64,000 nucleotides of DNA from an uncultured delta proteobacterium (GCA_963845145.1 CAWJQU010000003.1:64001-128000); one strand, 5' to 3'. Positions 17,912-28,259 are shown, counted from the stretch's first letter. Numbers and translations: made by a program. The notes: generated by a model from the sequence alone, not told the origin.

Positions 17912-19012
17912 ATGAAAATATTTACGCTAATTATATCCTATAGCTTGATTTTTGCCGCCTTGGTTTTGGGGGAGGACCTGCGTCAAGACTTCCCGGAGTC
18001 CTGGTCAACAGCGCTTAAGGCCGGAACTGAGAAAATGGTTATCGCGAAGATAGCACCTCTTGATGCTATAGCCATGACACGTGCCATGAGTCAGGCACAA
18101 TTCAACGATAAGCAAATTTTAGCGGCCCAAAAGACCGTGATCGAAGCACACGAGAAAGGGGTCCCCGTCGAACCGGTGATGAATAAAGCCTATGAGGGTA
18201 TTGCCAAACGTGTTCCACCGCCCTTGGTCGTGGCGGCCATGGAACGCGTGGCTGTCCGCTACGATTTCGCCTTTACATTAGCCCGGCAAATAGCGTTCCA
18301 AGAAACCGAACGGCGCCATCTGGGACAAATCATGGTGATGGGAATCGCGGCCGGTTTGGCGCATCGGGATGCCGACAGTATCGTTAAGCGGCTTCAAACA
18401 AGTGTCGCGCAAATGAAACAACCTGATAGGCGTACGCTGGTATCACAAACACTTCTGACCGCTCGGGATATGGCTCGCCAAGGTGTATCTTCCGGTACGA
18501 CGGCCGAGGTGGTCAATCAGGCATTGCAAAAGGGTTTTAATGGGCAGGAAATGAAAGCCCTACACCATGCCTTCATGTCCCATTCTCCGCGAACCTCGGT
18601 TGAACATCTGGCCAAAAACATCTCAAAAGCGATACAACAGGGAAAAAGTCCTCAGAATACCACCATCAATATGGGCAAATCGGGTCAAAGGGGTCATTCA
18701 GGCGGAAATAGTGGCACGGGGCCTGATGGTGGGCACGGCGGTGATGGTTCGGGGAGTGGGCCCGGGCCTGGCGGCGACAGCGGGTCGGGTGGATCCGGGA
18801 GTGGTCCCGGGTCGGGCGGTGACAGCGGGTCGGGTGGTGCCGGAAGTGGCCCTGGATCGGGTGGTGGCAGCGGATCCGGTGGTTCGGGAAATGGCCCTGG
18901 ATCGGGCGAGGGCAGCGGGTCGGGTGGTGCCGGAAATGGGAGTGGGAGTTCAGGTGGAAGCACCGGCGGCGGAAATGGATCGGGTGGTGGCAGTCCGGGT
19001 GGAGGAACATGA
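17912..19012 (+). CDS. Exported hypothetical protein, helical domain plus Gly/Ser-rich tail
   Basis: GGAG RBS, signal peptide, Ala-rich helical core (GVPVEPVMNKAYEGIAKRVP), ~110-aa Gly/Ser tail. Confidence 0.75.
   Translation: MKIFTLIISYSLIFAALVLGEDLRQDFPESWSTALKAGTEKMVIAKIAPLDAIAMTRAMSQAQFNDKQILAAQKTVIEAHEKGVPVEPVMNKAYEGIAKRVPPPLVVAAMERVAVRYDFAFTLARQIAFQETERRHLGQIMVMGIAAGLAHRDADSIVKRLQTSVAQMKQPDRRTLVSQTLLTARDMARQGVSSGTTAEVVNQALQKGFNGQEMKALHHAFMSHSPRTSVEHLAKNISKAIQQGKSPQNTTINMGKSGQRGHSGGNSGTGPDGGHGGDGSGSGPGPGGDSGSGGSGSGPGSGGDSGSGGAGSGPGSGGGSGSGGSGNGPGSGEGSGSGGAGNGSGSSGGSTGGGNGSGGGSPGGGT
18746..18925 (+). repeat. 45-nt imperfect coding tandem repeat, 4 copies
   Basis: Encodes units resembling GSGSGPGSGGDSGSG. 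Confidence 0.75.
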
Positions 19013-19019
19013 TTATTAT

Positions 19020-19165
19020 TACAAGCTATCTCAAAAAACCCTTTTGGCCCAATCTCGGCGTTGGGTAGCCGTTTTAACTCCTCGAAATACTACAGTATGT
19101 CTGTGGGTTAAAACGACTACCCGCCTTAATCTTGAACCAAAATCCTTTTTTTGAGATGACTTGTA
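19020..19165. repeat. ~146-bp imperfect palindromic element (MITE/REP-like)
   Basis: TACAAG..ATCTCAAAAAA / TTTTTTGAGAT..CTTGTA ends; inner arms GGGTAGCCGTTTTAAC / GTTAAAACGACTACCC. Confidence 0.7.
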
Positions 19166-19295
19166 GAATGCTATAAGTTTATCCCATCCCGGTTCAATCT
19201 GACTACTCCAGCTATAATATCAAAATGTTGTAATGAAAATATCGATTACAATCTGACAATCAGCTTTTGGCGCTTTTTTGATCCTACTTAACAAC

Positions 19296-19991
19296 CTACT
19301 TAACAACCGGTAATTTTTTTTGCTGCCAACCCACGATACCCCGCCGTAAATTCAAAATGCGGGTAAAGCCTCTATCGATAAGAATTTTTGATGCAACGGT
19401 ACTACGATTGCCCGTAGCACAATAAAGAAGGATCTCCCCTTCTTTGTAAGCATCCAATTCCTCGATCCGATGCTGAAGTTCTTGTACGGGAATCAGCAAT
19501 GCTCGATCCAGGTGCCCTTGCTGGTATTCGCGTTTTGTGCGTACGTCTAAAACCAGTGGGTTCTGACTTTTAATCAAATCGAAAGCCTCGGTGGGTGTTA
19601 ATTCCCGGTAGTTGGTTTGCTGGTATTCCACTACCTCGATTAACCCCTTTTTCCGATCGACAAAAAAATCAAAACGACCGGTTTTTTTCATTTTGAAGTA
19701 AGGGGCAACCTCGGGGTCTCCATCCGTTGGGGTCTCAATGTCAAGATCGGGTATCCTGACAACCGATTGTTCACTATCTTTATCGATGACAAACTTGATA
19801 TAATCTCCCCGGTATACGACCAGGTGCGCCGGTGCACCTGTGTTTTCAAGCGTCAGCACTCGAAACCCGTTGATGACCTGACCCGACACCGATGAAAAGG
19901 CAACTTTCCGTGTTCCCGTCAGCAGCAGGGCCACCACAACCAATACGATCACCAGCCAGGGTTTATAACGTATCCATATCGTTTTTTTCAT
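19296..19991 (-). CDS. Membrane-anchored or exported rhodanese-domain protein
   Basis: N-terminal hydrophobic helix; LDVRT..EY..GH, active loop YCATGNRS, L.RGI.GW. Confidence 0.85.
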   Translation of the reverse strand: MKKTIWIRYKPWLVIVLVVVALLLTGTRKVAFSSVSGQVINGFRVLTLENTGAPAHLVVYRGDYIKFVIDKDSEQSVVRIPDLDIETPTDGDPEVAPYFKMKKTGRFDFFVDRKKGLIEVVEYQQTNYRELTPTEAFDLIKSQNPLVLDVRTKREYQQGHLDRALLIPVQELQHRIEELDAYKEGEILLYCATGNRSTVASKILIDRGFTRILNLRRGIVGWQQKKLPVVK

Positions 19992-20072
19992 CGTAACATT
20001 CTCCCAATAATTTTTTTATAAACTTGAGCCTTTTTCCAATGCGATCTAAAAGCAGTATCGATTCGAATCGTA

Positions 20073-23000
20073 TCAGACATTAAATGGGTTTTGGATCCCC
20101 AATTGATGAAACGATTTTTTTGCCTGGTTTAGATAATTACATGCGGCTTGCTCTTTTCCGCCCCTTTTCAGTACCTGGCCCAGGAAATGATAGGCCGTAG
20201 CCAAATCCGGGCGCGTACCCAATTCGCGTAAAATTTCAATCCCCTTAAAAATCTCTTTTTCTGCTTCGCCGGCCTGTAAGCCAAGCTTGCTTTCGAGCAG
20301 TCCCGACCAGACCAACACCTTCCCTGAAACATGCCTTTCACCCGATTCGATGGATGCAGCATGGGCTTTCTGAAATGCTTGTCGTGCCAATGGATACTCG
20401 TTCTGTAGGTACCGACAGATCCCTAAATTTAAATATTGTATCGATTGTCGCCATTGAATATTGTTTTGACGATTTTCCCCCAAGGCTGACTCTATGTGAG
20501 ATAAACCTTCTCGGTCTTGACCGAGAAGCACTTCCGCGAGTCCAAGCATACTTCGGAATAATGGCAGGTGCCAATAAAATTTGGCCTCTTCGAGATGACT
20601 GACGCCATCATTCAAATAACGGTAAGCCTGTTCGCAGCGCCCTTTGAGCAAGAGTACAACGCCCAACTGACACTCGCAATACCCGATAGTCTCAGGTCCT
20701 CCATGGTTTACCGCCGAATCGATGGCCGCTTCAGAGATAGCGATTCCTTCCGGGAATTCTCCCAGCATCCCCATACTGAATCCGGTAAATGTCTTTAAAA
20801 TTGAATAGATGTTCGTCATGCCACCAAAGTAGTCGGATTGACGCCCCGCCCTTTCAACCGCATGCGTCACCTGAGTGGCCGTTTCGATCGTTTCCGGGTA
20901 TCGACCGGCACTCATGCACACCATTGCGAAGTCCGGCCCAACCTGGGCCATAGCCGCCACATCCCCAATACCTACAGCGGTCTCGTAAGCTTTCTGAGTA
21001 TAGGTGACACCTTCGTCATTTTTACCACGATTCGCATAATAAATACCGCTGTTACCGTAAAACCTGACAAGGCTAGGCTGATCGTTTAGCGCTTCTGAGA
21101 TACGTATGCCCTGCTCAAGGTAGTTAATACTGTCCTCCGGCAGGCCCAGGGCGACAATTGGAATGATCATTAAATGAAGCACCTCAAGTTCTCGCCGCTG
21201 CTGATCCTCAATGCCGCCCCCCGGTCTAGTACTTTCGATGCTCTTTTAAAAAAATCATACGCTTCCCAAAGAAAGTGAGTACGGCTGGCCTTTTCGCCCG
21301 ATATTCTTAAATATTCATACGCTTTATCTACATTATCACTTTTTTCGTAGTGATGGGCGAGAACTTCGTAGAATTCTTCGATACGTTCAGGATAGAGCGT
21401 CTCGATGGCGACGGCGATCTGCTCATGCAATCGGCTTCTTTTTTGGCGAAGCAGGCTATTGTAGGCTACTTCCTGAATCAGCACATGTTTAAACAAATAG
21501 GCCTGCTCGGGGGAGCCGGGGATTGGATAAATAAGTTTAAGATCTTGTAAAACCTTTAGGTGCCCCTTGAGATCGACCTCAAAATCGAGGAGCGCATTGA
21601 TGATTCGATATGTAAAATCACGTCCGATGACGGAAGCGGTTTGAATCACCTGCTTGTGGTTGTCATCAAGACGGTCTATTCGAGAGGCAATGATACCATA
21701 GATATTTTCCGGTATATGCTTGGAGGCAATGTCCTCGTCCAATACATACCCATCATTTTCAAACTTTATGGCTGCTTTGGCCAACAGAGTGCGGGTAAGT
21801 TCTTCCATAAAAAGCGGATTACCCGACGACCGGGCAGCAATAAATCGCGTTAATTCAGCCGTCACATTGGCGCCATCCACATTGGCGTCAACGACATTGG
21901 CGTCAACGACATTGGCGTCAATTAGGATCGATCGAATAAATTTCTCCGAAATATCCGATTGTAATTGGTCCAAGATGATATGACGATAATGGGATCGTTC
22001 CGCCCAAGTATGGCGGTATTCCGGACGGTACAAAAGCAATAACAAAATAGGGACGGATTCAATTTTATCGATGATATCATCATAAAATTCTTCCGAAGTC
22101 TTATCCATCCAGTGAAGATCATCGATAATCAGGATTAGGGGTCTGATGTCTGCAAGGCGAAAAAAAATCTCCCTCAATACCTTAAAAGTCTTCTCTTTTC
22201 TTTTCTTTGGGGGCATATTTTGCCATGTTTCACTGCTCACCGGCAATGCCAGAAGATCCTGGCAAACAGCCTGGTGTTCTTCGGTTTCCAAATCAAGGCG
22301 CTTTAGATTCGCGGTAATTTTCAACAGGGCTTTCCGGGGATGTTCCGTGCGACCGACCCCAAACAATTCACGCAGAATATCGCGCAAAGGCAGAAAGGCA
22401 ATAGCGCCGCCGAACAGCACACAGCGCCCCTCTGCGACCACACCGTTTGGGCCTATCCGGCTTTTCAACTCATGGGCGAGTCTGGATTTACCGGCGCCTG
22501 GTTCTCCCGAAATCCCCACAACCTGGCCCTTACCCACCTGACTCACTGCAAAAGCCTCCTCCAACAAAGCCAGCTCTTCTTTTCGGCCCGTATAAGGTGT
22601 GAATCCGCGAAACGCGGCAGCATCTAACCGACTGTTCACATGTTTGGTTTTGATCAAGCGATAGCTCTTTTGGGAGGCCACCTTGCCTTTGACCTGGAAT
22701 TTTCCCAGATAGTCAAAGACGAAATATTCTCTGGCCAGTTGGTGGGTGTTTTCAGATACCCAAATACTGCCGGGTTTAGCCAGGCCTTCCATGCGGGAAG
22801 CCAGATTCACCGTGTCGCCGATAGCAGTATAGTCCATTTGTTGATCGCTACCAACACCCCCCACGATTACCAGCCCTGAATTTAACCCGATCCGCATATT
22901 GAAATTGATTCCCAGGCGCTTGTTGAGCGATTTGGAATATCCCACAAGCGCCTCCTGAACGGCCAGGGCAGCATAGCAAGCCTTCTGGGCATGATCTTCT

Positions 23001-23494
23001 TGGGCCAAAGGGGCACCGAAAAGGGCCATGATGCCATCACCGGTAAACTGGTTAACTTTGCCATCAAACCGTTGGACCTGGTCGGTAAGTATCCGTGAAC
23101 ATCCATCCATGATCCCATGGACTTCCTCGGGGTCCAGTGTTTCGGACATGGCCGTATAATTTACCGTATCGGCAAATAAAACAGTCACCCGCTTTCGCTC
23201 ACCTTGAACAATATTATGATTCGAACGTGTTTTGCTTTTTTTTGCATCCATCGGATAAGAGCGGGAATGATCGCGATTCAGGGTAGGCTTCTTTTGATCA
23301 CCATCCAGGAGCTGACCGCACGAATTGCAAAAATTGGCGGCAATAGGATTGGTCTGCCCACAAGCCCTGCAAATCGCTTCCAAGCGTCCCCCGCAGTGAT
23401 TACAAAATTTGGACATATCAGGATTGTTCTTCTGACATGAAGGACACGCCCTATTTGTCTCTATTCTGGTTTTCTCTAATCTGTTTGGGGGCAT
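20073..23494 (-). pseudogene. Double zinc ribbon + class III nucleotidyl cyclase + STAND ATPase + TPR protein, frameshifted near 21217-21222
   Basis: Four CxxC pairs; VLFAD, FTGDG, GDTVNLASR; GEPGAGKS, LIIDD; TPR-like region continues in ORF 20073..21182 across a G6 run. Confidence 0.85.
21863..21922 (-). repeat. 15-nt tandem repeat x4, in frame (DANVV units)
   Basis: gacattggcgtcaac units on the plus strand. Confidence 0.8.
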
Positions 23495-23665
23495 CGCCTT
23501 ATCTTTTCTGATGTAGAATAATATAAATGACGCAATTCAATCCTTTGACAGACCCAATCAATCATCGATCACTTAAATATTGTACAACCAAATATGTGAT
23601 CCGTGGAATCGCTTTGTCAATGTTTGGTAGCGCGAATTTGCATCGCAACGTTTGTTTTTACCAAA

Positions 23666-23694
23666 TTGACACCTTACTTATAAGTGCATATTGT
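23666..23694 (+). promoter_or_regulatory. Candidate sigma-70 promoter of the MATE gene
   Basis: TTGACA-N17-TATTGT. Confidence 0.5.
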
Positions 23695-23805
23695 TGCCGC
23701 TATGGTCATGGCATATTTCTATAAACAAAACGACGCCAGTCCGCCAAACCGCTCGATACCCGCAGAACCGTAACCGATAATGACATCCGCAGGGACCCCA
23801 TATCT

Positions 23806-25182
23806 ATGAACCCAAACAATGACTTGACCACCAAGCCGATTCCCGGCTTAATCGCCCAGCTGGCAGTACCGGCGAGTATCGGTATGTTTTTCAACACGAT
23901 GTTCAATGTGGTGGACACCTATTTCAGCGGCTTGATATCCACTGAAGCGGTGGCCGCGCTTTCGTTATCGTTTCCTGTTTTTTTTGTCATATTGGCCATT
24001 GGGTTCGGTATCAGCACAGGTGCCATGGCTTTGGTCTCCAATGCCATGGGCGCCGGCGATGATGAAAAAGCGCAACTTTACGCCGTTCAATCGGTGTCGT
24101 TCAGTGTCTTGTTATCCCTTCTGTTGATGGTGCTTGGCCTCTTTACCGCACCCTTTCTTTTTAAAATTTTAGGCGCAAGTGATACGTATCTGGACATGTC
24201 GTTGGCTTACATCAACGTTATCTTTTACGGTATTGTCTTTATCTCCCTCACCTTTGTACTAAACGCCATCTTAAGCGCCCAGGGAGACACCAAGTCATTT
24301 CGAAATGTGCTGGTTGTGGGATTTTTTCTCAACCTGCTGTTTGACCCCTGGTTCATTTACGGCGGGTTCGGTTTACCGGCCCTGGGCCTTGCAGGGGTGG
24401 CCTGGGCAACCATCCTAATTCAATTTTTCGGCACCCTCTTTATGGGCATGCGCGTTATTCGATCAGGGTTAATCTGCAAGGGATGCGGTAATCTTTTTTT
24501 GCCACGTCGCCAATACTTTATCGATATTGCCAAGCAAGGGTTTCCCGCCAGTCTCAATACGATGAGTATTGCCCTTGGTATTTTCATTATCACATGGTTT
24601 ATCAGCAAGTATGGACAGACCGCCGTCGCCGCCTATGGGATTGCCACCCGGGTGGACCAGATCGCTTTGTTGCCCATTATGGGGTTAAATACGGCCACAT
24701 TAACCCTCGTGGGACAAAATAACGGTGCCGCCTTATACGACCGCTGCCGCGACGTTTACCACAAGGCATTGCTTTACGGTATTTATATCACGACGGTAAG
24801 CATGGTGATCGTTCTGATTTTGCCCCACGCGATTATGGGTATATTTACCGACGATCAAGCCGTGGTGGATATCGGGGGATTTTACTTAAGAATTTCAGCC
24901 TTTATCTACTGGGCGTATATCATTCTGTTCGTGGCCGTCTCCGCCCTGCAAGGCTTGAAGCGACCCTTCTACGCCATCTGGATTGGGCTCTATCGACAAA
25001 TCGTTGCACCCGCCATCGTATTCTATCTGCTCGCAACCGCTTTAGGAATGGGGCTAACCGGAATCTGGTGGGGTATTTTCATCGTGACCTGGTCGGCCAC
25101 CATTTTCACCTTCCTCTATGTCCGTGCAACCATGAACAATATTTTTACAACCAACGGGTTGGTTTCACCGACCATTAAATAG
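23806..25182 (+). CDS. MATE family efflux transporter
   Basis: NVVDTYF, GDTK, NLLFDPWFIYG, GLAGVAWAT, GQNNGA; about 12 TM helices. Confidence 0.92.
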   Translation: MNPNNDLTTKPIPGLIAQLAVPASIGMFFNTMFNVVDTYFSGLISTEAVAALSLSFPVFFVILAIGFGISTGAMALVSNAMGAGDDEKAQLYAVQSVSFSVLLSLLLMVLGLFTAPFLFKILGASDTYLDMSLAYINVIFYGIVFISLTFVLNAILSAQGDTKSFRNVLVVGFFLNLLFDPWFIYGGFGLPALGLAGVAWATILIQFFGTLFMGMRVIRSGLICKGCGNLFLPRRQYFIDIAKQGFPASLNTMSIALGIFIITWFISKYGQTAVAAYGIATRVDQIALLPIMGLNTATLTLVGQNNGAALYDRCRDVYHKALLYGIYITTVSMVIVLILPHAIMGIFTDDQAVVDIGGFYLRISAFIYWAYIILFVAVSALQGLKRPFYAIWIGLYRQIVAPAIVFYLLATALGMGLTGIWWGIFIVTWSATIFTFLYVRATMNNIFTTNGLVSPTIK

Positions 25183-25194
25183 GCCCTGTCAAGC

Positions 25195-25226
25195 CGAGCA
25201 GGTTTTGAATCTACCAAACCTGCTCG
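25195..25226. terminator. Hairpin between convergent genes
   Basis: CGAGCAGGTTT...AAACCTGCTCG. Confidence 0.6.
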
Positions 25227-25297
25227 ATAAAAACATTTTGTAAATTATGCAAAAGTACTATCACGGCACCCTGGCCGCTCATGTTATCACTATTTCA

Positions 25298-25567
25298 TTA
25301 AACCGTGTCTTCAGTCTCCATGAATAATTGTTTTTTCTTCGTTAACGGCATCTTTTTCAGCTGATGCTCACGCTTTAAGGCCTCCGATCTCGATCCAATT
25401 TTTTCAGAGTAAACCAGCGTAACAGGTCTGCGATACCTCGTATATTTTGCCCCGCCATTTTCAGAATTATGTTCTGCAACCCGTCGTTTCAGGTCATTGG
25501 TTATTCCGGTATACAAAGTGTTATCTTTGCAACGGACGATATATACATACCATGGTGTTTTGGACAT
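25298..25567 (-). CDS. Stand-alone GIY-YIG nuclease (UPF0213/YhbQ-like)
   Basis: WYVYIVRC.DNTLYTGITND..RRV.EHN, GAKYTR, ALKRE. Confidence 0.9.
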   Translation of the reverse strand: MSKTPWYVYIVRCKDNTLYTGITNDLKRRVAEHNSENGGAKYTRYRRPVTLVYSEKIGSRSEALKREHQLKKMPLTKKKQLFMETEDTV

Positions 25568-25933
25568 TAGATAGAATCAAATATTTTTTAATATTATTAT
25601 TTCAATTACTTCATCCGTTGTAAATTTATCGGATGAGGACGCCACCCCTTCCTTTAACAGCATGATATTTTTAAGACGGGTTATGCTCATATAAAACTTT
25701 TTAACTTAAAATTGTATACTATTGCTTTACCACAATACCGACCTGACGGTATATCATCAATCGTTTTGGAGCCAATATCTCTCGTCTCAAATACCACAAA
25801 TATTTTTCATAACCGCCAACCTGCATTGACAAACCATCTCGTTTGTATGTTAAAGATTTAGCACAAAACTTTCTTAAATACGTAAGGCATATACAAAACC
25901 GCACCTAAGCCGTTATGCTGAGGAGTCGAACAC

Positions 25934-26416
25934 ATGGCAAAAAAAATAACATCCAAAGAGACCTTGCTCGTAGCTGTGGATTTCACCCCGTATTCTAAAG
26001 AGGCGACGATTTTTGCCAGCCGATTGGCGGGCAAACTGAACGCTCGGTTGATCTTGCTCCATGTGATTCATGACCCGGCGGAAGCGCCTGGTTTTTACGT
26101 TGAAAAAGGAAAGAAAAAGAAATTCCTCAAATCGATGGAGGAAGTCGCCAGGGAAATGATGACGGAATTTTTGCGGAAATTACGTAAGGCCTATCCAGAT
26201 GAAGTGCCTTTAAAAGAGGCGGAGTCTCGACTAGTCGTTGGAACGCCCGGGGTTCGCATCGTCGAGATTGCTCAAAAAGAAAAGGCCTGCATGATTATCG
26301 TCAGCAGTCACGGTCGAACCGGTCTATCAAAAATTCTTCTGGGTTCCATAGCCGAAAGGGTTGTAAGGTTATCAACCATCCCGGTAACGGTGGTCAAATC
26401 CACGCCGAAGAAATAA
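25934..26416 (+). CDS. Universal stress protein (UspA family)
   Basis: LVAVDF..YS, LLHV, SHGRTG...LLGSIAERVVR. Confidence 0.9.
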   Translation: MAKKITSKETLLVAVDFTPYSKEATIFASRLAGKLNARLILLHVIHDPAEAPGFYVEKGKKKKFLKSMEEVAREMMTEFLRKLRKAYPDEVPLKEAESRLVVGTPGVRIVEIAQKEKACMIIVSSHGRTGLSKILLGSIAERVVRLSTIPVTVVKSTPKK

Positions 26417-26456
26417 ACCTTGTAGGTCCACGATATATTAATAAAGGAGACTTTTA

Positions 26457-28259
26457 ATGAAACCGACCGGTTCTCGGTATTTTCAGGAAGCGGGACTTAT
26501 CGGACTATCCATCTATTTTCTGTTTGCTCCTGCAGGAGTGCATGCCGGGAGCGATACAAGCACCGGTGAAATCAGTTGGTTTTTCCTGGCGACAGGGCTG
26601 TTAGGTGGACTGGCCCTGTTTCTCTATGGAATGGACAAAATGAGCGACGCTTTAAAAAACGTGGCCGGGGACAAAATGAGGGATATCCTGGCGATGTTAT
26701 CAAGCAACCGCATTATGGGGCTCCTTACCGGGGCGGTTGTTACGGCTGTGATTCAGTCCAGTTCAGTCACCACTGTTATGTTGGTGGGTTTTGTAACCGC
26801 CGGGTTGATGTCGCTCTCTCAAACCATCGGTGTGATTTTAGGCGCGGATATCGGCACCACGATCACGGCCCAGATCGTGGCTTTCCATGTGACCAAGTAT
26901 GCGTTGTTGCTGGTGGCGGTCGGTTTTGGGATGCTTTTTGTTTCAAAAAGGGAAAAAATACAACAATACGGTTATATGATCATGGGGCTGGGAATGATCT
27001 TTTTTGGCATGGGTGTGATGAAAGATGCCATGGACCCCTTGAGAACGTATCAGCCGTTTATTGACCTGATGGCCAACATGTCCAACCCGATTTTAGGCAT
27101 TCTAATATCGGCCATATTTACAGCCCTGGTTCAGTCGAGTTCGGCAACGATGGGAGTGGTCATCGTATTAGCCATGCAGGGATTGATCACCTTAAATGCC
27201 GGCATCGCACTGGCGCTTGGCGCCAATATCGGAACGTGTGTGACGGCAGGGATTGCCTCGCTCGGTAAACCGCGAGAGGCGGTTCGGGTGGCTACGATTC
27301 ACGTCCTGTTCAAAGTCGTAGGTGTCCTGATTATGTTGCCTCTTATTGGGCCGTTTGCAAAGTTCGTTATTTATATTTCGCCATCCCCGGCAGAAGGCCT
27401 TACCGGCCTGGAAGCGGCCGCCTCGGTGCTACCGCGCCAGGTGGCCAATGCCCACACTTTGTTCAATATAGGCATCGGCTTCCTTTTCCTTCCATTCGTC
27501 TCCCAATTTGCCCGGCTTGTTTACCGGATCGTTCCGGATAAGCCCTTACCAGAGACCGTTGAGCTTCAGCCCAAGTATCTCAATGAAATGCTGTTACATA
27601 CCCCCAGCCTGGCCCTTGACGCAGCCAGGCATGAAATTAAGCGCATGGGAAAACGGGTGGACCTGATGAATACCGTCATGATGCCGGCCGTTTTAACCGG
27701 TGATAAAGAATCATTGGCCGCGGTTCGGGAGCAGGATGAAGAAGTGGATATCCTGTATAAGCATATCGTCAAATACCTTGCCGAGATCAGCAAGTTAGAC
27801 CTCAACGAAGCCCAAACCGGCAAACTGATGAAACTCATGGGGTGTGCCAACGACCTGGAGCATATCGGTGATGTGATCGAAGTCAATATGGTTGAACTCG
27901 GGCAGCGGCGAATTGCCAAGAACATCAAGGTTAGCGATAGAACCCAGAAAGTGATCAACACGATACATCTGGTGGTCTCCGACGCGTTAAAAGCTGCCAT
28001 CCGGGCGGTTGTGGATGATGAAAGCGGATATGCGACACGTGTCATTGAAATGAATCAGGACATGGAGCGACTGGTAGCCCGGGCCAATCTCCATCAGGCC
28101 CAGCGACTGGTCTGCGAGGATTCAGGAAAATTCGAAGCCTACAGTGTAGAAATTGATATTATCGAAAAATTAAAACGGATATTTTATCATGCCAATCGAA
28201 TGGCCCGCGGCGTTCTTGAGGCCCAAACCGATGCCGAAGGATTGTCTAAAGCTGCCTAA
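26457..28259 (+). CDS. Na+/phosphate cotransporter (NptA/YjbB family) with PhoU-like C-terminus
   Basis: Duplicated QSSS and GA(D/N)IGT motifs; ANAHTLFN; DLEHIGD. Confidence 0.9.
   Translation: MKPTGSRYFQEAGLIGLSIYFLFAPAGVHAGSDTSTGEISWFFLATGLLGGLALFLYGMDKMSDALKNVAGDKMRDILAMLSSNRIMGLLTGAVVTAVIQSSSVTTVMLVGFVTAGLMSLSQTIGVILGADIGTTITAQIVAFHVTKYALLLVAVGFGMLFVSKREKIQQYGYMIMGLGMIFFGMGVMKDAMDPLRTYQPFIDLMANMSNPILGILISAIFTALVQSSSATMGVVIVLAMQGLITLNAGIALALGANIGTCVTAGIASLGKPREAVRVATIHVLFKVVGVLIMLPLIGPFAKFVIYISPSPAEGLTGLEAAASVLPRQVANAHTLFNIGIGFLFLPFVSQFARLVYRIVPDKPLPETVELQPKYLNEMLLHTPSLALDAARHEIKRMGKRVDLMNTVMMPAVLTGDKESLAAVREQDEEVDILYKHIVKYLAEISKLDLNEAQTGKLMKLMGCANDLEHIGDVIEVNMVELGQRRIAKNIKVSDRTQKVINTIHLVVSDALKAAIRAVVDDESGYATRVIEMNQDMERLVARANLHQAQRLVCEDSGKFEAYSVEIDIIEKLKRIFYHANRMARGVLEAQTDAEGLSKAA

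Noticed and set aside
18567..19154. Overlapping ORFs in the Gly-rich tail
   Set aside because: Frame shadows of low-complexity sequence.
25298..25567. GIY-YIG nuclease as a homing endonuclease or mobile element
   Set aside because: Size and motifs fit the stand-alone UPF0213 family; no intron or element ends.
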